DNA of 50,594 nucleotides, taken from Candidatus Bathyarchaeota archaeon (lineage in GTDB: Archaea; Asgardarchaeota; Lokiarchaeia; Sigyniarchaeales; Sigyniarchaeaceae). Each line of letters opens with the position of its first letter. Position 1 is the first letter of the stretch. The stretch spans positions 1 to 50,594 of the forward strand of contig WJJB01000243.1 of assembly GCA_014729935.1 (NCBI GenBank), written 5' to 3'. Made by a program: the position numbers and the translations under genes. Of the stretch, positions 38,267 through 47,823 are shown piece by piece. The notes under the pieces are model-generated. The model had not been told where the DNA came from, did no database searches, and saw only the letters and a list, made by a program, of their open reading frames with translations.

Positions 38267-38405
38267 GATGTTGCTTCGCCTCGCACGTGCCGGGGAGTCG
38301 TCTCCGGGTGAGCGTTATCATTCAATATCCACCATGGTTTAAAATAGGCACGCAGCAAGAAACTATATATCGTTTCACCTTGAATATTGAGGTGGAAAGT
38401 TCAAT

Positions 38406-39038
38406 TTGTCTACTAGCGTGGTTAACATGGTATTAAAGGAAAATGGAAGGTTCATTCTCGAGCACCGGGACAGGATGGAGCTTTCTCGAATGATACTTGG
38501 AGCTTTGGAAGGCCAGGAAGTTTCCTTGGATAATTCACTGATATTTCCCGTTTCCCTTTCAAGCATGTGGATGATCGGAGCAATGTTGGATGCGGGAGAC
38601 GCAGGCACCATCTCCAAGAATACATGGTCCCCAGACAAGAAATCGTTTCCAGTTGATAAACGCACGAAATCGATCTTGTTCATTGAACCACTCTTGTGGA
38701 AAGAAAGTGACTCCTTGCGAAACGCGGGCAGGTGGTTGGATTCCCTCGCAAGGAAAAGAAAAGTTTCAAAGCATTTGAAAGAACTACCGCGACGGGTGGT
38801 ATGCTGGTTCACTGATTTCAAATACAAGGAAGCACAAAAAGGGGTGCCGATAACATGTGCTTTGCATGTTCAAGAACCAGGACACATCGATTTGCACGGC
38901 AGTCATGCTATGTTAGAAACCGGGAAAAAAATGGATCTGGATGGTGCCATTGGAGATGCAGGTTGGGATCAGGAATTCGCCTTCATGGAGAAGCACGAGG
39001 TTGTTCTTGACAAGCTCAAAACCGAGTTGTGGGATTGA
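38406..39038 (+). CDS. Hypothetical protein (210 aa), divergent from the methyltransferase
   Basis: It is longer and less Ser-biased than the overlapping antisense ORF 38375-38827. GAGGTGG lies upstream. The start is uncertain (TTG 38406, GTG 38418 or ATG 38427). No nuclease motif could be confirmed. Confidence 0.4.
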   Translation: MSTSVVNMVLKENGRFILEHRDRMELSRMILGALEGQEVSLDNSLIFPVSLSSMWMIGAMLDAGDAGTISKNTWSPDKKSFPVDKRTKSILFIEPLLWKESDSLRNAGRWLDSLARKRKVSKHLKELPRRVVCWFTDFKYKEAQKGVPITCALHVQEPGHIDLHGSHAMLETGKKMDLDGAIGDAGWDQEFAFMEKHEVVLDKLKTELWD

Positions 39039-39077
39039 TGTGACGTCAATATGGACCTAAACAGGCGGAGTTAATCC

Positions 39078-39584
39078 ATGGTTAAGGGAATGGAGAAAAT
39101 ATTTTGTTTCCTGCGCGCACGGGGGATTTATTTTATTGCGCTCATCCTTGCCCTCTCGATCTTAGCACTGGCGACCCCCGTGGCATCATACGATGACGGA
39201 AGTGACGTGACTGTTTTCTGGTATTGGGCTTTGAACGTGAACAGGAATTCTGGAGATATCTGGTTTAACACGAGCAAGCTTGCAGTTTTAGGTGCCATCT
39301 TGGAAACTGCCATCATTGGTGTGACCGTTTCACTTCTATTCAAGGTGCTTGCATGGCTGGTGAAAGGGGAAACGACCGGAAAGCAAAAACAGATACGAAT
39401 ATTCTTGCTTCTATCGGGTATCTTCCTTATATTGGCGGCGATGGGATACATGATCGGCACGGAAGCATATATTGAAAACGCTTGGCAGAGATACAACGTG
39501 GGATTCGGTCTCGTTGCGAGTTTCATTGGTTCCGGAATTTCGTTCATCCTTCTCGTTCCCCACTGGAAGGAACGCGATACATGA
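39078..39584 (+). CDS. Small membrane protein (4-5 TM)
   Basis: Hydrophobic helices include IYFIALILALSILALATPVA, LAVLGAILETAIIGVTVSLLF, IFLLLSGIFLILAAMGYMI and GLVASFIGSGISFILLV. Confidence 0.5.
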   Translation: MVKGMEKIFCFLRARGIYFIALILALSILALATPVASYDDGSDVTVFWYWALNVNRNSGDIWFNTSKLAVLGAILETAIIGVTVSLLFKVLAWLVKGETTGKQKQIRIFLLLSGIFLILAAMGYMIGTEAYIENAWQRYNVGFGLVASFIGSGISFILLVPHWKERDT

Positions 39585-39686
39585 CATGCCATTATCCCGC
39601 ATCTTGATTTCTCTCATCATCACGTTCTTGATGGACCTTGATATATCAACAAAAAAAGGAATAGAACATGGTGATGGTTAACACAA

Positions 39687-42650
39687 TCATGCCAAGAAAT
39701 TATCCATTTCGATGGATGCCAGCAACCTGAGGAGCATGGCATTGTGCGGGATCCACACTTCATTGGGATTTGAAGGCACGCCATCTTTCATCAACGGGTT
39801 TCCCGGCCAGCTGGCGATCATGCCAATATCTCCAAATTCTTCCAAGAAAGCCAAGTCATTGTAATCAATACCATGGCGTTCAGCTTCTTCCTTGGTTGGG
39901 CGCACTTGTGCCATGCCGTTTGGGAGCGCCCCAGGGACGGCACCACGGGGATTCCGGGCATACCCAAGTCGATGATGGTATTGCGGGAAATTTACAGTTC
40001 CCACTCCTTCCATCATGCACACGCCAGCGGGATTAACGCCAAAAATCCAATCAAGCATTGATTGTACGATGAATGGCTTTCCTCCAGCAGGATTCACCCG
40101 CACCATCAGGGATTGCAACCACGCACTCGTGAGGATATCTGTCTGCCGTTCTGCACCATGAAACAAGATATTTTGTGGTGTTCCATTGATGGTAAGGCGA
40201 CCGTGCTTGATCCGGAACGGCTCATCGAATAGCAGCGAGAAATGATTGTCTTGGATGTCTTGCACCTTGGAAAGGATTGCTGCGGGGATCGTGCGGTTAT
40301 ACGTGAGGTAATGGGTGAGAATATTGCCCAGGAGGTAGTATCCGTTCCACCCGAAATGGAGGTGATAGGTTTCGGCATCCGGGATGCTGGAGAGGCTCGG
40401 GCTGATGCCGGTATTAAGCAAGTCATCGATAAGCGCATCGAAACTCGACCAGTTTCCATGAAAGAGGGATTCCTCCTCTGCATAGTATAACTTCCCTATG
40501 AAAGACTGGACGTCATCCGGGTACCCTCCCTGCATTGATTGGTAACGGGCGTGCACGTTGGCAGCAAGGTTCCTGAGATGGGTGGTGTCATTAATGACCC
40601 AAGCTGGAAATTCCGTGCCGGGGTGGATGGAAAGGCTTTCATCGATCAATCGAGCCGCATGCATGATTGATGCGGCGATATCATATCCCCTGTACCAATC
40701 AAGAAACGTGGAATTGAACCCATCGATGGGGACGCACCAGTCTTGGTTATTGAACCAGCAACGCCTGGGCGTGGTCCAATCCCGTTCAGGAGGCCCCCAA
40801 TAAGACATTGATGCGGTGCGGCCTGCCTGGTTCCTGAACCCGCGAACCGTTTCGAAGACCAGGTATTGGAACTGGGGTCCCCGGATTCCCTCTTCATTTA
40901 CCAAGTTCACTAGGTACAATGCCCCCCACAATGCCTCGTCCGAGACATCCGGCAGGTTACTATCCGTGAGGTCGGGGAGAGCAGAGAACTTGCCCGCCGG
41001 ATCCAAGAGTGCGCACTCTGCAAGCGCCTGCATGCAATACCATGAGGTCTGAAACCAGTTTATATGCTTATTATAGTCTCCAGCGTCATACCATGCACCT
41101 GTCAAGTTCTTGTAGATCCAGTCATCCTCATTGCTACCATTAAACACGAGGGCGTCATCCATGTGGCCGGCGGCATGCCCTGGATATCCATCTACCAGAT
41201 CCTTCACCTTGTAATTATCGCGTTGATAATAAAAGAATCTCATTGCCATCTCGATAGCATCATCATACACGTTGCTCCCGATCCTAAAAGTTGTACTTTT
41301 CACTACATGTCCATTCACGGTAGCACGGGCGCGATATTCTCCCGTGGTATTGATGCCGGTGAAGTTTCCCACCATGTATGAATGCCCATATCGGGTTACA
41401 TTCTTCATCAAGGAGCCTTCATGGACAATCGAGCCGGTGGTGGCATCATGAATGGTGAAATTTGCCATTTCAGGGAGATCACTTGTTGGCTTAACGGACT
41501 GGTACAGGATACGTTTCGGGGCATTATTGTAATAACCTACTTGATTCACGAGAAGTAATGGTTGGTTCATCCTGTTCCGGTCATGTTGTATCGCCACCAA
41601 CGCGGGAATCAACGCTCCCGAGCATAAGACAAGGGACGCGAGCACTCCAGCCTTTACAGATGGTAGCCGGCGAGCTAGCCTTGCCGGGTGCCAGGACCCG
41701 CGCCCTTTTTCGTGCCACCAGCGATAAATGCTCCTGGAAGCGAATAGCACGAAAATCGATGTCGATCCGACGAATAACCAGGACGGCCAATGCGCCAAGG
41801 CGTAGTACTGTTCAATTTCCAAATCAAACATCATTTGCTCCCCTTCAAGTGGCACGGTGAAGGAGGCAATGAATTGGAGCAGTGCAATAATTCCAAGGGA
41901 AAAGATCAGGAGGGGAACCGTGATGAAAAGGGCGCGCTTGGACTCACTCGATCGCGTCTCCTGCTTCGCCTTCAATTTCTCCACGGTGAAGGCAATGAGG
42001 CACCCAGGAAAAGCAATGGTAGTTAAAAGAACGTGTAATTGCATCTTGAAACCATAAATGGCATGGGGATGGAAATTCGTGATGCCAACAAGGAAGAGCC
42101 ATACTACCAAGAATCCTCCCAGCAATGTCCATCCAAGGAGGTTACTCTTGCGGGATTGTGTATTGCTATTGATTGAAAGGAAGATCATGGCAAGGAATGC
42201 CACGATCGCGGGCCATGCAGGAAGCCGGTAAGCAAATTGCGTGCTAAACCAGTTGTTAGCTATCTTGAACCATGGATCCCACGTTATTCCCATGGCGATT
42301 AGGAGGATTGCAGTGATGCCCCCTGAGACGACTAATATCTTTCGTTCTTGTTGTCTTGAAAGCCGGAACGCGCCATCATTGCCTGGATGGAACCTGAACA
42401 CGAGAAATGCGGAAATGAGCAATATCAACATTATATTGAACCATAAGGTCCCCCAAAAAACATCGGTATCCCATAAGGTTTGCCAGAACGTGAGTCCATT
42501 TCTGCCGTTCCACCAGAAAGGAAATGCTGCACGCTCCAAGTAATTATCTGCAAGATCAGCCGCCAAGAGTCCAAGAGAAACCACCACGGGAAGCACCAGC
42601 AAGTATCCATGGAAACGTCTTGGGGGCCGCTGTTTGGCTTTGGGCCTCAT
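39687..42650 (-). CDS. Glycoside hydrolase family 9 with a CelD_N-type Ig-like domain, fused to an N-terminal ~9-TM membrane domain
   Basis: Residues 1 to ~360 hold about 9 hydrophobic helices. LLLVNQVGYYNNAPKRILYQS follows (Ig-like CelD_N pattern NQvGY.p...K). GH9 signatures are GAWYDAGDYNKH, FPQYHHRLGY and PNEVWIPHNAMLLRLL. The ectodomain has many N-x-S/T sequons. Confidence 0.75.
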   Translation of the reverse strand: MRPKAKQRPPRRFHGYLLVLPVVVSLGLLAADLADNYLERAAFPFWWNGRNGLTFWQTLWDTDVFWGTLWFNIMLILLISAFLVFRFHPGNDGAFRLSRQQERKILVVSGGITAILLIAMGITWDPWFKIANNWFSTQFAYRLPAWPAIVAFLAMIFLSINSNTQSRKSNLLGWTLLGGFLVVWLFLVGITNFHPHAIYGFKMQLHVLLTTIAFPGCLIAFTVEKLKAKQETRSSESKRALFITVPLLIFSLGIIALLQFIASFTVPLEGEQMMFDLEIEQYYALAHWPSWLFVGSTSIFVLFASRSIYRWWHEKGRGSWHPARLARRLPSVKAGVLASLVLCSGALIPALVAIQHDRNRMNQPLLLVNQVGYYNNAPKRILYQSVKPTSDLPEMANFTIHDATTGSIVHEGSLMKNVTRYGHSYMVGNFTGINTTGEYRARATVNGHVVKSTTFRIGSNVYDDAIEMAMRFFYYQRDNYKVKDLVDGYPGHAAGHMDDALVFNGSNEDDWIYKNLTGAWYDAGDYNKHINWFQTSWYCMQALAECALLDPAGKFSALPDLTDSNLPDVSDEALWGALYLVNLVNEEGIRGPQFQYLVFETVRGFRNQAGRTASMSYWGPPERDWTTPRRCWFNNQDWCVPIDGFNSTFLDWYRGYDIAASIMHAARLIDESLSIHPGTEFPAWVINDTTHLRNLAANVHARYQSMQGGYPDDVQSFIGKLYYAEEESLFHGNWSSFDALIDDLLNTGISPSLSSIPDAETYHLHFGWNGYYLLGNILTHYLTYNRTIPAAILSKVQDIQDNHFSLLFDEPFRIKHGRLTINGTPQNILFHGAERQTDILTSAWLQSLMVRVNPAGGKPFIVQSMLDWIFGVNPAGVCMMEGVGTVNFPQYHHRLGYARNPRGAVPGALPNGMAQVRPTKEEAERHGIDYNDLAFLEEFGDIGMIASWPGNPLMKDGVPSNPNEVWIPHNAMLLRLLASIEMDNFLA

Positions 42651-42746
42651 GTGATGATATTAGCCGGGGGCTATTTATAGGAGTGCTTGGAAATTCACGT
42701 GACCGTCATTCACTTATAGAAAAAGGGCAGGAATGCTTCCTGCATT

Positions 42747-43610
42747 TTAGTCGCGGTGTTTTTTGATTAATTCCCGCAATGTGTCGGGATCGTGCTGGCC
42801 CCGTTTCCACAAGGGCGTTTGCTCCTTGGAATATACCTGTTGCTGTCCCTCGAACGTTGGTTTCTCCCGGGTGTAGAGGACCCCGAGGGCAAGCCTGTCC
42901 AAATCAGTTGCCACCTCGAATGCCTTACTCCTGTCTGTTCTATCGTGGTCATCTTCAAGGTAATATGTATTCTCCTTGTACCACTTGTAGGTATTTATCT
43001 CGTTGAAGGATGGACAGGGTTGCAACATGTCAACCAACGCGTATCCTTCATGTTGGATGGCTTCCTTCACGATATCAACTGCTTTGTCTTGATCACCGCA
43101 ATACGCCCGTGCAACGAATGAAGCATTCAAAGCTATTGCTGTGGTTAATGGATTGAACGGTTCCAGTATCACGCCATCAACCTGCACGGGGGTCACCATT
43201 CCTTTCATGGATGTGGGGGACGCTTGCCCCTTGGTTAGCCCGTAAATCATATTATCGTGGACCAAGTGCAATAAATCAGGGTTTCGCCTGATGCCGTGGA
43301 TGAAATGGTTGCCCCCTTCTCCGTAGTTGCACCCGTCACCACTATCCGCGATGACCGTTAATCTCGGGTTCGTGGCTTTTATCGCCGTGGCAACTGGAAC
43401 CGACCTGCCGTGTAACCCGTTAAAAAAGTTGCACTTCAGGTAATGCGGGAGCTTGGCTGCCTGCCCGATGCCAGAGACGAACACCACATCACTTGGGGTG
43501 ATCTCAAGTTCCGCGAGGGATCGCTTGATGATCTTGATGATGGAAAAATTGCCACAACCAGGACACCAAGCCATATCTATGTCGCCTATGTCGTAATCCT
43601 TTACATCCAT
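42747..43610 (-). CDS. korB: 2-oxoacid:ferredoxin oxidoreductase, beta subunit (TPP-binding)
   Basis: [29 protein letters not shown] and the TPP motif [13 protein letters not shown] are present. It lies 2 nt downstream of the alpha subunit gene. Confidence 0.85.
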   Translation of the reverse strand: MDVKDYDIGDIDMAWCPGCGNFSIIKIIKRSLAELEITPSDVVFVSGIGQAAKLPHYLKCNFFNGLHGRSVPVATAIKATNPRLTVIADSGDGCNYGEGGNHFIHGIRRNPDLLHLVHDNMIYGLTKGQASPTSMKGMVTPVQVDGVILEPFNPLTTAIALNASFVARAYCGDQDKAVDIVKEAIQHEGYALVDMLQPCPSFNEINTYKWYKENTYYLEDDHDRTDRSKAFEVATDLDRLALGVLYTREKPTFEGQQQVYSKEQTPLWKRGQHDPDTLRELIKKHRD

Positions 43611-43612
43611 TG

Positions 43613-45307
43613 TTAGATCTCCTCCTTCAACCGCTTCACGATATCTTCCACTGAAAAAGGTTCCCCGGTGTACTTCAAGATGGTCGCATCTGTCTTGATC
43701 CCGGTCTCAGCCCTAATGTACCTGCCAAATTGCGATGTCGCATTTGATTCCACGATGACTACCTTCTTCGCCTTGTTCAAAATATCTCCCGTACTTGGAT
43801 GGAGGGGATGGAGAATAGAATAATGCACGTGGGCAATGCTTTCATCACCAACCCGGTTAATTGCCTCTCGGATCGCGTGGTAAGTCGACCCCCATCCCAC
43901 CACGAGCGTGCCAGGCGATTCCGAACCGTGATATGCAGGTTCCTGCATATTCTTGAAGAAACCGTCAAGTTTTCTCAACCTTTTATCCATTTGTTGCTTT
44001 CTCACGGTGAAATTCTCGGTGATGTGTCCTTGCTGATCGTGTTCGTCGCTATCCACGCATACAAGTCCTTTACCATATCCGGGAATTCCCCGAGGTGAAA
44101 TTCCTGACTCCGTGATGGTATATCGGTGATATTCCTCACCAGTTTTTATGAAATGCCTCGTGTTTTCTACCTTGGTTGGATCAAGTGAGGATATGTTGTA
44201 ATATGAATCGATGGTATATTGATCAGTGAGGATGATAACTGGCACCTGGTACTCGTCGGCAAGATTAAAGGATTCATTGGTCAGGTAAAAGCACTCCTCG
44301 ATGGTCGCCGGTGCGATGATGATGCGTGGAAACTCTCCATGCCCACCATGCAAGGCAAGAGCAAGATCCCCCTGTTCTGTCCTGGTTGGCAATCCCGTGG
44401 CGGGACCAGGCCGTTGGGCGAGATGCATCACTACCGGGCTCTCGATCATGCCCGCCAAGCTCAGCCCCTCCGTCATCAGGGCAAATCCCCCACCAGAGGT
44501 GGTGATCATGGCTCTGGCACCAGCATACCAAGCTCCCAATGCCATGTTTATGGCTGAAATCTCGTCTTCTGCTTGCTCGGAAATGATGTCCAGTTCCTCG
44601 GTTTTTTGTGCCAACGATACAAGCACCGCGGTTGAGGGAGACATTGGATACGATGATATGAAATTGCATCCACCAGCAACGGCTCCCAGGGAGATTGCTT
44701 CTCCACCATGCAATAACAGGTCGTCCTTGATGGAATCATCCTTGCTAATATCTAGCGAGATCAAGTTGGTATCCCTGGCATCCTTGCCACGCTTGAATCC
44801 GACCTCGATGGCTTCAACGTTCTTGGAAATTATATCATCATCTTTTTCCTTGAAAAAGGTCCTCACGTAATCCTTTGCCAAGTTCATGTCCACGTCCAGC
44901 ATTCCGCAACATATCCCAACAGCGATGATGTTTGAATATATCTTGTTTCCAAGATCCTTAGCTAGTTCAGTAATTGGCACTTCTAGCAAATTATTCACAT
45001 CGCCCAAGTAACTTGTATCTCCGACAATGAGAGTCCCCGTGCCTATTCTTGGTTCCAAGCGCTTCATGGCTTCCTTGTCTATGGGAATCAAGATATCGAT
45101 AGCATCCACGTAAGCCCGTACTGGTTCCGATGAGACCCGTATCTCGGTAGAATTTGCTCCACCGCGTACCCTGCTCATGTATTCTTTCGTTGCAAACACG
45201 TGAAACCCGTCTAACTTGAGAATCCGCGTGAGTAATCGTTCCACCGTCTGGATTCCTTGTCCCGCCTGTCCAGCAAGAACGATGCTAATTCCTATAATAT
45301 AGAACAC
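43613..45307 (-). CDS. korA: 2-oxoacid:ferredoxin oxidoreductase, fused gamma-alpha subunit
   Basis: The N-terminal gamma-like region is [18 protein letters not shown]...YMSRVRGG. The alpha domain shows [59 protein letters not shown] and [11 protein letters not shown]. Confidence 0.85.
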   Translation of the reverse strand: MFYIIGISIVLAGQAGQGIQTVERLLTRILKLDGFHVFATKEYMSRVRGGANSTEIRVSSEPVRAYVDAIDILIPIDKEAMKRLEPRIGTGTLIVGDTSYLGDVNNLLEVPITELAKDLGNKIYSNIIAVGICCGMLDVDMNLAKDYVRTFFKEKDDDIISKNVEAIEVGFKRGKDARDTNLISLDISKDDSIKDDLLLHGGEAISLGAVAGGCNFISSYPMSPSTAVLVSLAQKTEELDIISEQAEDEISAINMALGAWYAGARAMITTSGGGFALMTEGLSLAGMIESPVVMHLAQRPGPATGLPTRTEQGDLALALHGGHGEFPRIIIAPATIEECFYLTNESFNLADEYQVPVIILTDQYTIDSYYNISSLDPTKVENTRHFIKTGEEYHRYTITESGISPRGIPGYGKGLVCVDSDEHDQQGHITENFTVRKQQMDKRLRKLDGFFKNMQEPAYHGSESPGTLVVGWGSTYHAIREAINRVGDESIAHVHYSILHPLHPSTGDILNKAKKVVIVESNATSQFGRYIRAETGIKTDATILKYTGEPFSVEDIVKRLKEEI

Positions 45308-45557
45308 CTACTGTTTTTATCAAAAATATCAAGCCTCTTGAAACTATCAATCACATCGTGCTATAAAGTCTCGTGTCATGGTTCATAAATCCTCGCGGGG
45401 TGCACTCTCAATAACCCACGTGAGAGGAAAGTGAATCCATCTCATTAGTTTAGATTCAACATTCATTATTCTTGCGGGAAGCAAGCTATTTCAACGAACG
45501 TGTGTTCATATCCACCGTAACGCGTCCCATCGCAAGAAAAACAGGTGCCATGAAAAG

Positions 45558-45935
45558 TTGTATAATGACAGGGTAATAGACCACTTCACGAATCCCAGGA
45601 ATGTGGGAGCAGTGGAAAATGCGGATGGAGTCGGACTCGTGGAAAGTGAGTCGTGTGGAGATAGGTTACAAATCTCCATCAAGGTTGAAGCTGGAAAGAT
45701 TTCGGACATCCGGTTCAAAACCTTTGGATGTGCTGCTGCCATTGCCACGTCGAGCATGATCACCGAGCTTGCAAAGGGAATGGATATTAAGTCGGCACTC
45801 TCTATTACCAATGAGGATGTTGCCAAGGCATTGAACGGGCTACCCGATGGGAAGCAGCATTGCAGTAACCATGCTGCTGATGCCCTGCACGCTGCGATCA
45901 GGGATTTTCAACAACGGGAATCCCGGCGGGAATAA
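45558..45935 (+). CDS. iscU: IscU/NifU-like Fe-S cluster scaffold
   Basis: HFTNPRNVG, CGDRLQISIKV, FKTFGCAAAIATSS and QHCSNHAADAL supply the three ligand Cys. TTG start. Confidence 0.85.
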   Translation: MYNDRVIDHFTNPRNVGAVENADGVGLVESESCGDRLQISIKVEAGKISDIRFKTFGCAAAIATSSMITELAKGMDIKSALSITNEDVAKALNGLPDGKQHCSNHAADALHAAIRDFQQRESRRE

Positions 45936-45947
45936 AAAGGGTGGTTC

Positions 45948-46802
45948 ATGATGGATGGCTCAGGAAAGAAACCAGGAGAAACGTACAAGTGCAGGGAATG
46001 CGGTAAAATGGTGAATGGAACGGGAAATTTAGATACATGTCCTGATTGCTTGCTGAAGTTCAATTTCGACGCGACAGATTTAGATCTCGGGTTGGTAAAA
46101 ACCGAATTGCGAGCCATCCTGGATTCTTTCGTCACGGACGTAACGTCAGCCTTCGTCAAGGACCCAGCTGCCCTCTCCCTCATCGAAGTTCTAACCGCTT
46201 ATCCTGGCGTGCAGGCAGTTTTATTGCATCGTGTTGCGCATTTCTTCTGGATGCTTGATGTTCCATATATCCCACGCTATATCTCCCATGTCAGCAGGCA
46301 GTTCACCGGGATCGAGATACATCCTGGCGCGAAGATTGGCAAGAAATTCTTCATTGATCATGGTGGTGGGGTCGTGATCGGGGAGACTTCGGAGATAGGT
46401 GATAATGTTACCTTGTACCAGGGTGTCACGCTGGGTGGTACAAGCGATAAACGTGAAAAACGTCATCCAACATTGAAGGATGATATAGTAATCGGGGCAG
46501 GAGCTAAAATAATCGGACCTGTGACCATCGGAAATAACGTGAAAATCGGTGCAAACTCGGTCGTCATCGATGACGTGCCGGATGATTCTGTTGTTGTTGG
46601 AATTCCTGGCAGGATAGTTTCGAGAGATGGTATCAAGGTGGCACGGGTCGATCTCCAGCATGGTAACCTGCCCGATCCCATCCAAGCTGCCATCTCTTCA
46701 TTGGAGTCCAGGATATCCCTCTTGGAGAGGGAATTGGAACGGACCGATGATCTTGCAAGGGAGTTCACTAGTGGGAATTTCAAGAATGGAGGAGGAATAT
46801 AA
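45948..46802 (+). CDS. cysE: Serine O-acetyltransferase with an N-terminal CxxC...CxxC zinc-ribbon extension
   Basis: The hexapeptide core is [43 protein letters not shown]...[20 protein letters not shown]. The N-terminus is [22 protein letters not shown]. Confidence 0.85.
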   Translation: MMDGSGKKPGETYKCRECGKMVNGTGNLDTCPDCLLKFNFDATDLDLGLVKTELRAILDSFVTDVTSAFVKDPAALSLIEVLTAYPGVQAVLLHRVAHFFWMLDVPYIPRYISHVSRQFTGIEIHPGAKIGKKFFIDHGGGVVIGETSEIGDNVTLYQGVTLGGTSDKREKRHPTLKDDIVIGAGAKIIGPVTIGNNVKIGANSVVIDDVPDDSVVVGIPGRIVSRDGIKVARVDLQHGNLPDPIQAAISSLESRISLLERELERTDDLAREFTSGNFKNGGGI

Positions 46803-47746
46803 TGGTTCAAAAACAGGGAACACGGGGATACTTTAACTCGATACTTGATACAATAGGAGACACGCCACTCGTACGGCTTGCGAAAATTTCGGGAGATATC
46901 GTCCCGACAATTTTTGGAAAGGCGGAATATTTCAATCCAGGGAGTTCTGTGAAGGATAGGATAGGATTTGCCATGATCCATGCAGCAGAGCAGGAGGGGA
47001 TCATACATCCTGGTGATACCATCGTTGAACCCACCTCTGGAAACACCGGTATTGGCTTAAGCGTGGCATGCGCCGTGAAGGGTTATAGCCTCATTATTTG
47101 CATGCCAGAATCAATGAGCATCGAGCGCCAAAGGATCTTGAAAGCCTATGGCGCGGTTGTGGAGCTCACGCCAGCTGGAGGTGGGATGAATGCTGCCATC
47201 GAGAGAGCGATGGAGATCAAGGAATCTGGACGTGCCAAGTTCATCCCGCAACAATTCAAGAACAAGGCAAATCCAGACATCCATTACCGGACGACTGGTC
47301 CCGAAATATTAAATGCCTTGGACGGAAAGGTGGATGTGCTGGTCGCCGCTGTGGGTACAGGAGGAACGATCATGGGTGTTGGGCGGTACCTTCGAGAAAA
47401 ACTTGGTGATGCCATTCGAATCGTGGCCGTGGAGCCGGAAAAATCGCCAGTCCTTTCGGGAGGTGATCCAGGACCACATGGCATACAAGGAATGGGTGCA
47501 GGATTCATCCCTGATATTGTGGATACCGATCTATTCGACGACATTCACACGGTAACCCTCGACGAGGCGATCGCCATGGCAAGAATCCTTGCAAGACAGG
47601 AGGGAATCTTCGTGGGAATGTCGGCTGGTGCAAATGTTGCCATAGCACATGAAATTGGCCGCTCCTTGGGCCACCCGGCCAATATCGTGACCATACTTTG
47701 TGACACGGGCGAGCGATACCTTTCAAATGAGATTTGGAAATTATAG
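46802..47746 (+). CDS. cysK: Cysteine synthase A (O-acetylserine sulfhydrylase)
   Basis: NPGSSVKDRIG (PLP Lys), EPTSGNTGIGLS, GTGGTIMGVGRYL and GMSAGAN are present. The start overlaps the cysE stop (TAATG). Confidence 0.9.
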   Translation: MVQKQGTRGYFNSILDTIGDTPLVRLAKISGDIVPTIFGKAEYFNPGSSVKDRIGFAMIHAAEQEGIIHPGDTIVEPTSGNTGIGLSVACAVKGYSLIICMPESMSIERQRILKAYGAVVELTPAGGGMNAAIERAMEIKESGRAKFIPQQFKNKANPDIHYRTTGPEILNALDGKVDVLVAAVGTGGTIMGVGRYLREKLGDAIRIVAVEPEKSPVLSGGDPGPHGIQGMGAGFIPDIVDTDLFDDIHTVTLDEAIAMARILARQEGIFVGMSAGANVAIAHEIGRSLGHPANIVTILCDTGERYLSNEIWKL

Positions 47747-47768
47747 CGTGTGGAGATCAAGTGAAGGA

Positions 47769-47823
47769 TTTATCCTTTTTAGCGGGAGAAAACCCGCCCC
47801 TTTAGCTTAGGGCGTGGTAGTTC
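47769..47823 (-). repeat. Intergenic hairpin/T-tract repeat, type B copy (R7)
   Basis: The reverse complement reads GAACTACCACGCCCTAAGCTAAAGGGGCGGGTTTTCTCCCGCTAAAAAGGATAAA. It overlaps the stop codon of the minus-strand GTPase gene by 2 nt and ends 22 nt from the cysK stop. Confidence 0.85.

Noticed and set aside
38375-38827. 150-aa minus-strand ORF that could be an upstream operon partner (putative REase) of the methyltransferase
   Set aside because: It is completely overlapped by the longer plus-strand ORF 38406-39038. It has about 17% Ser, which is typical of an antisense shadow. No PD-(D/E)xK motif is present. This call is not certain.
44301-47008. Long antisense ORFs over korA (44301-44870 +, 44274-44669 -) and cysE/cysK (46221-46685 -, 46463-47008 -)
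   Set aside because: The sense strands carry canonical OFOR, SAT and CysK motifs. The antisense translations have no motifs.
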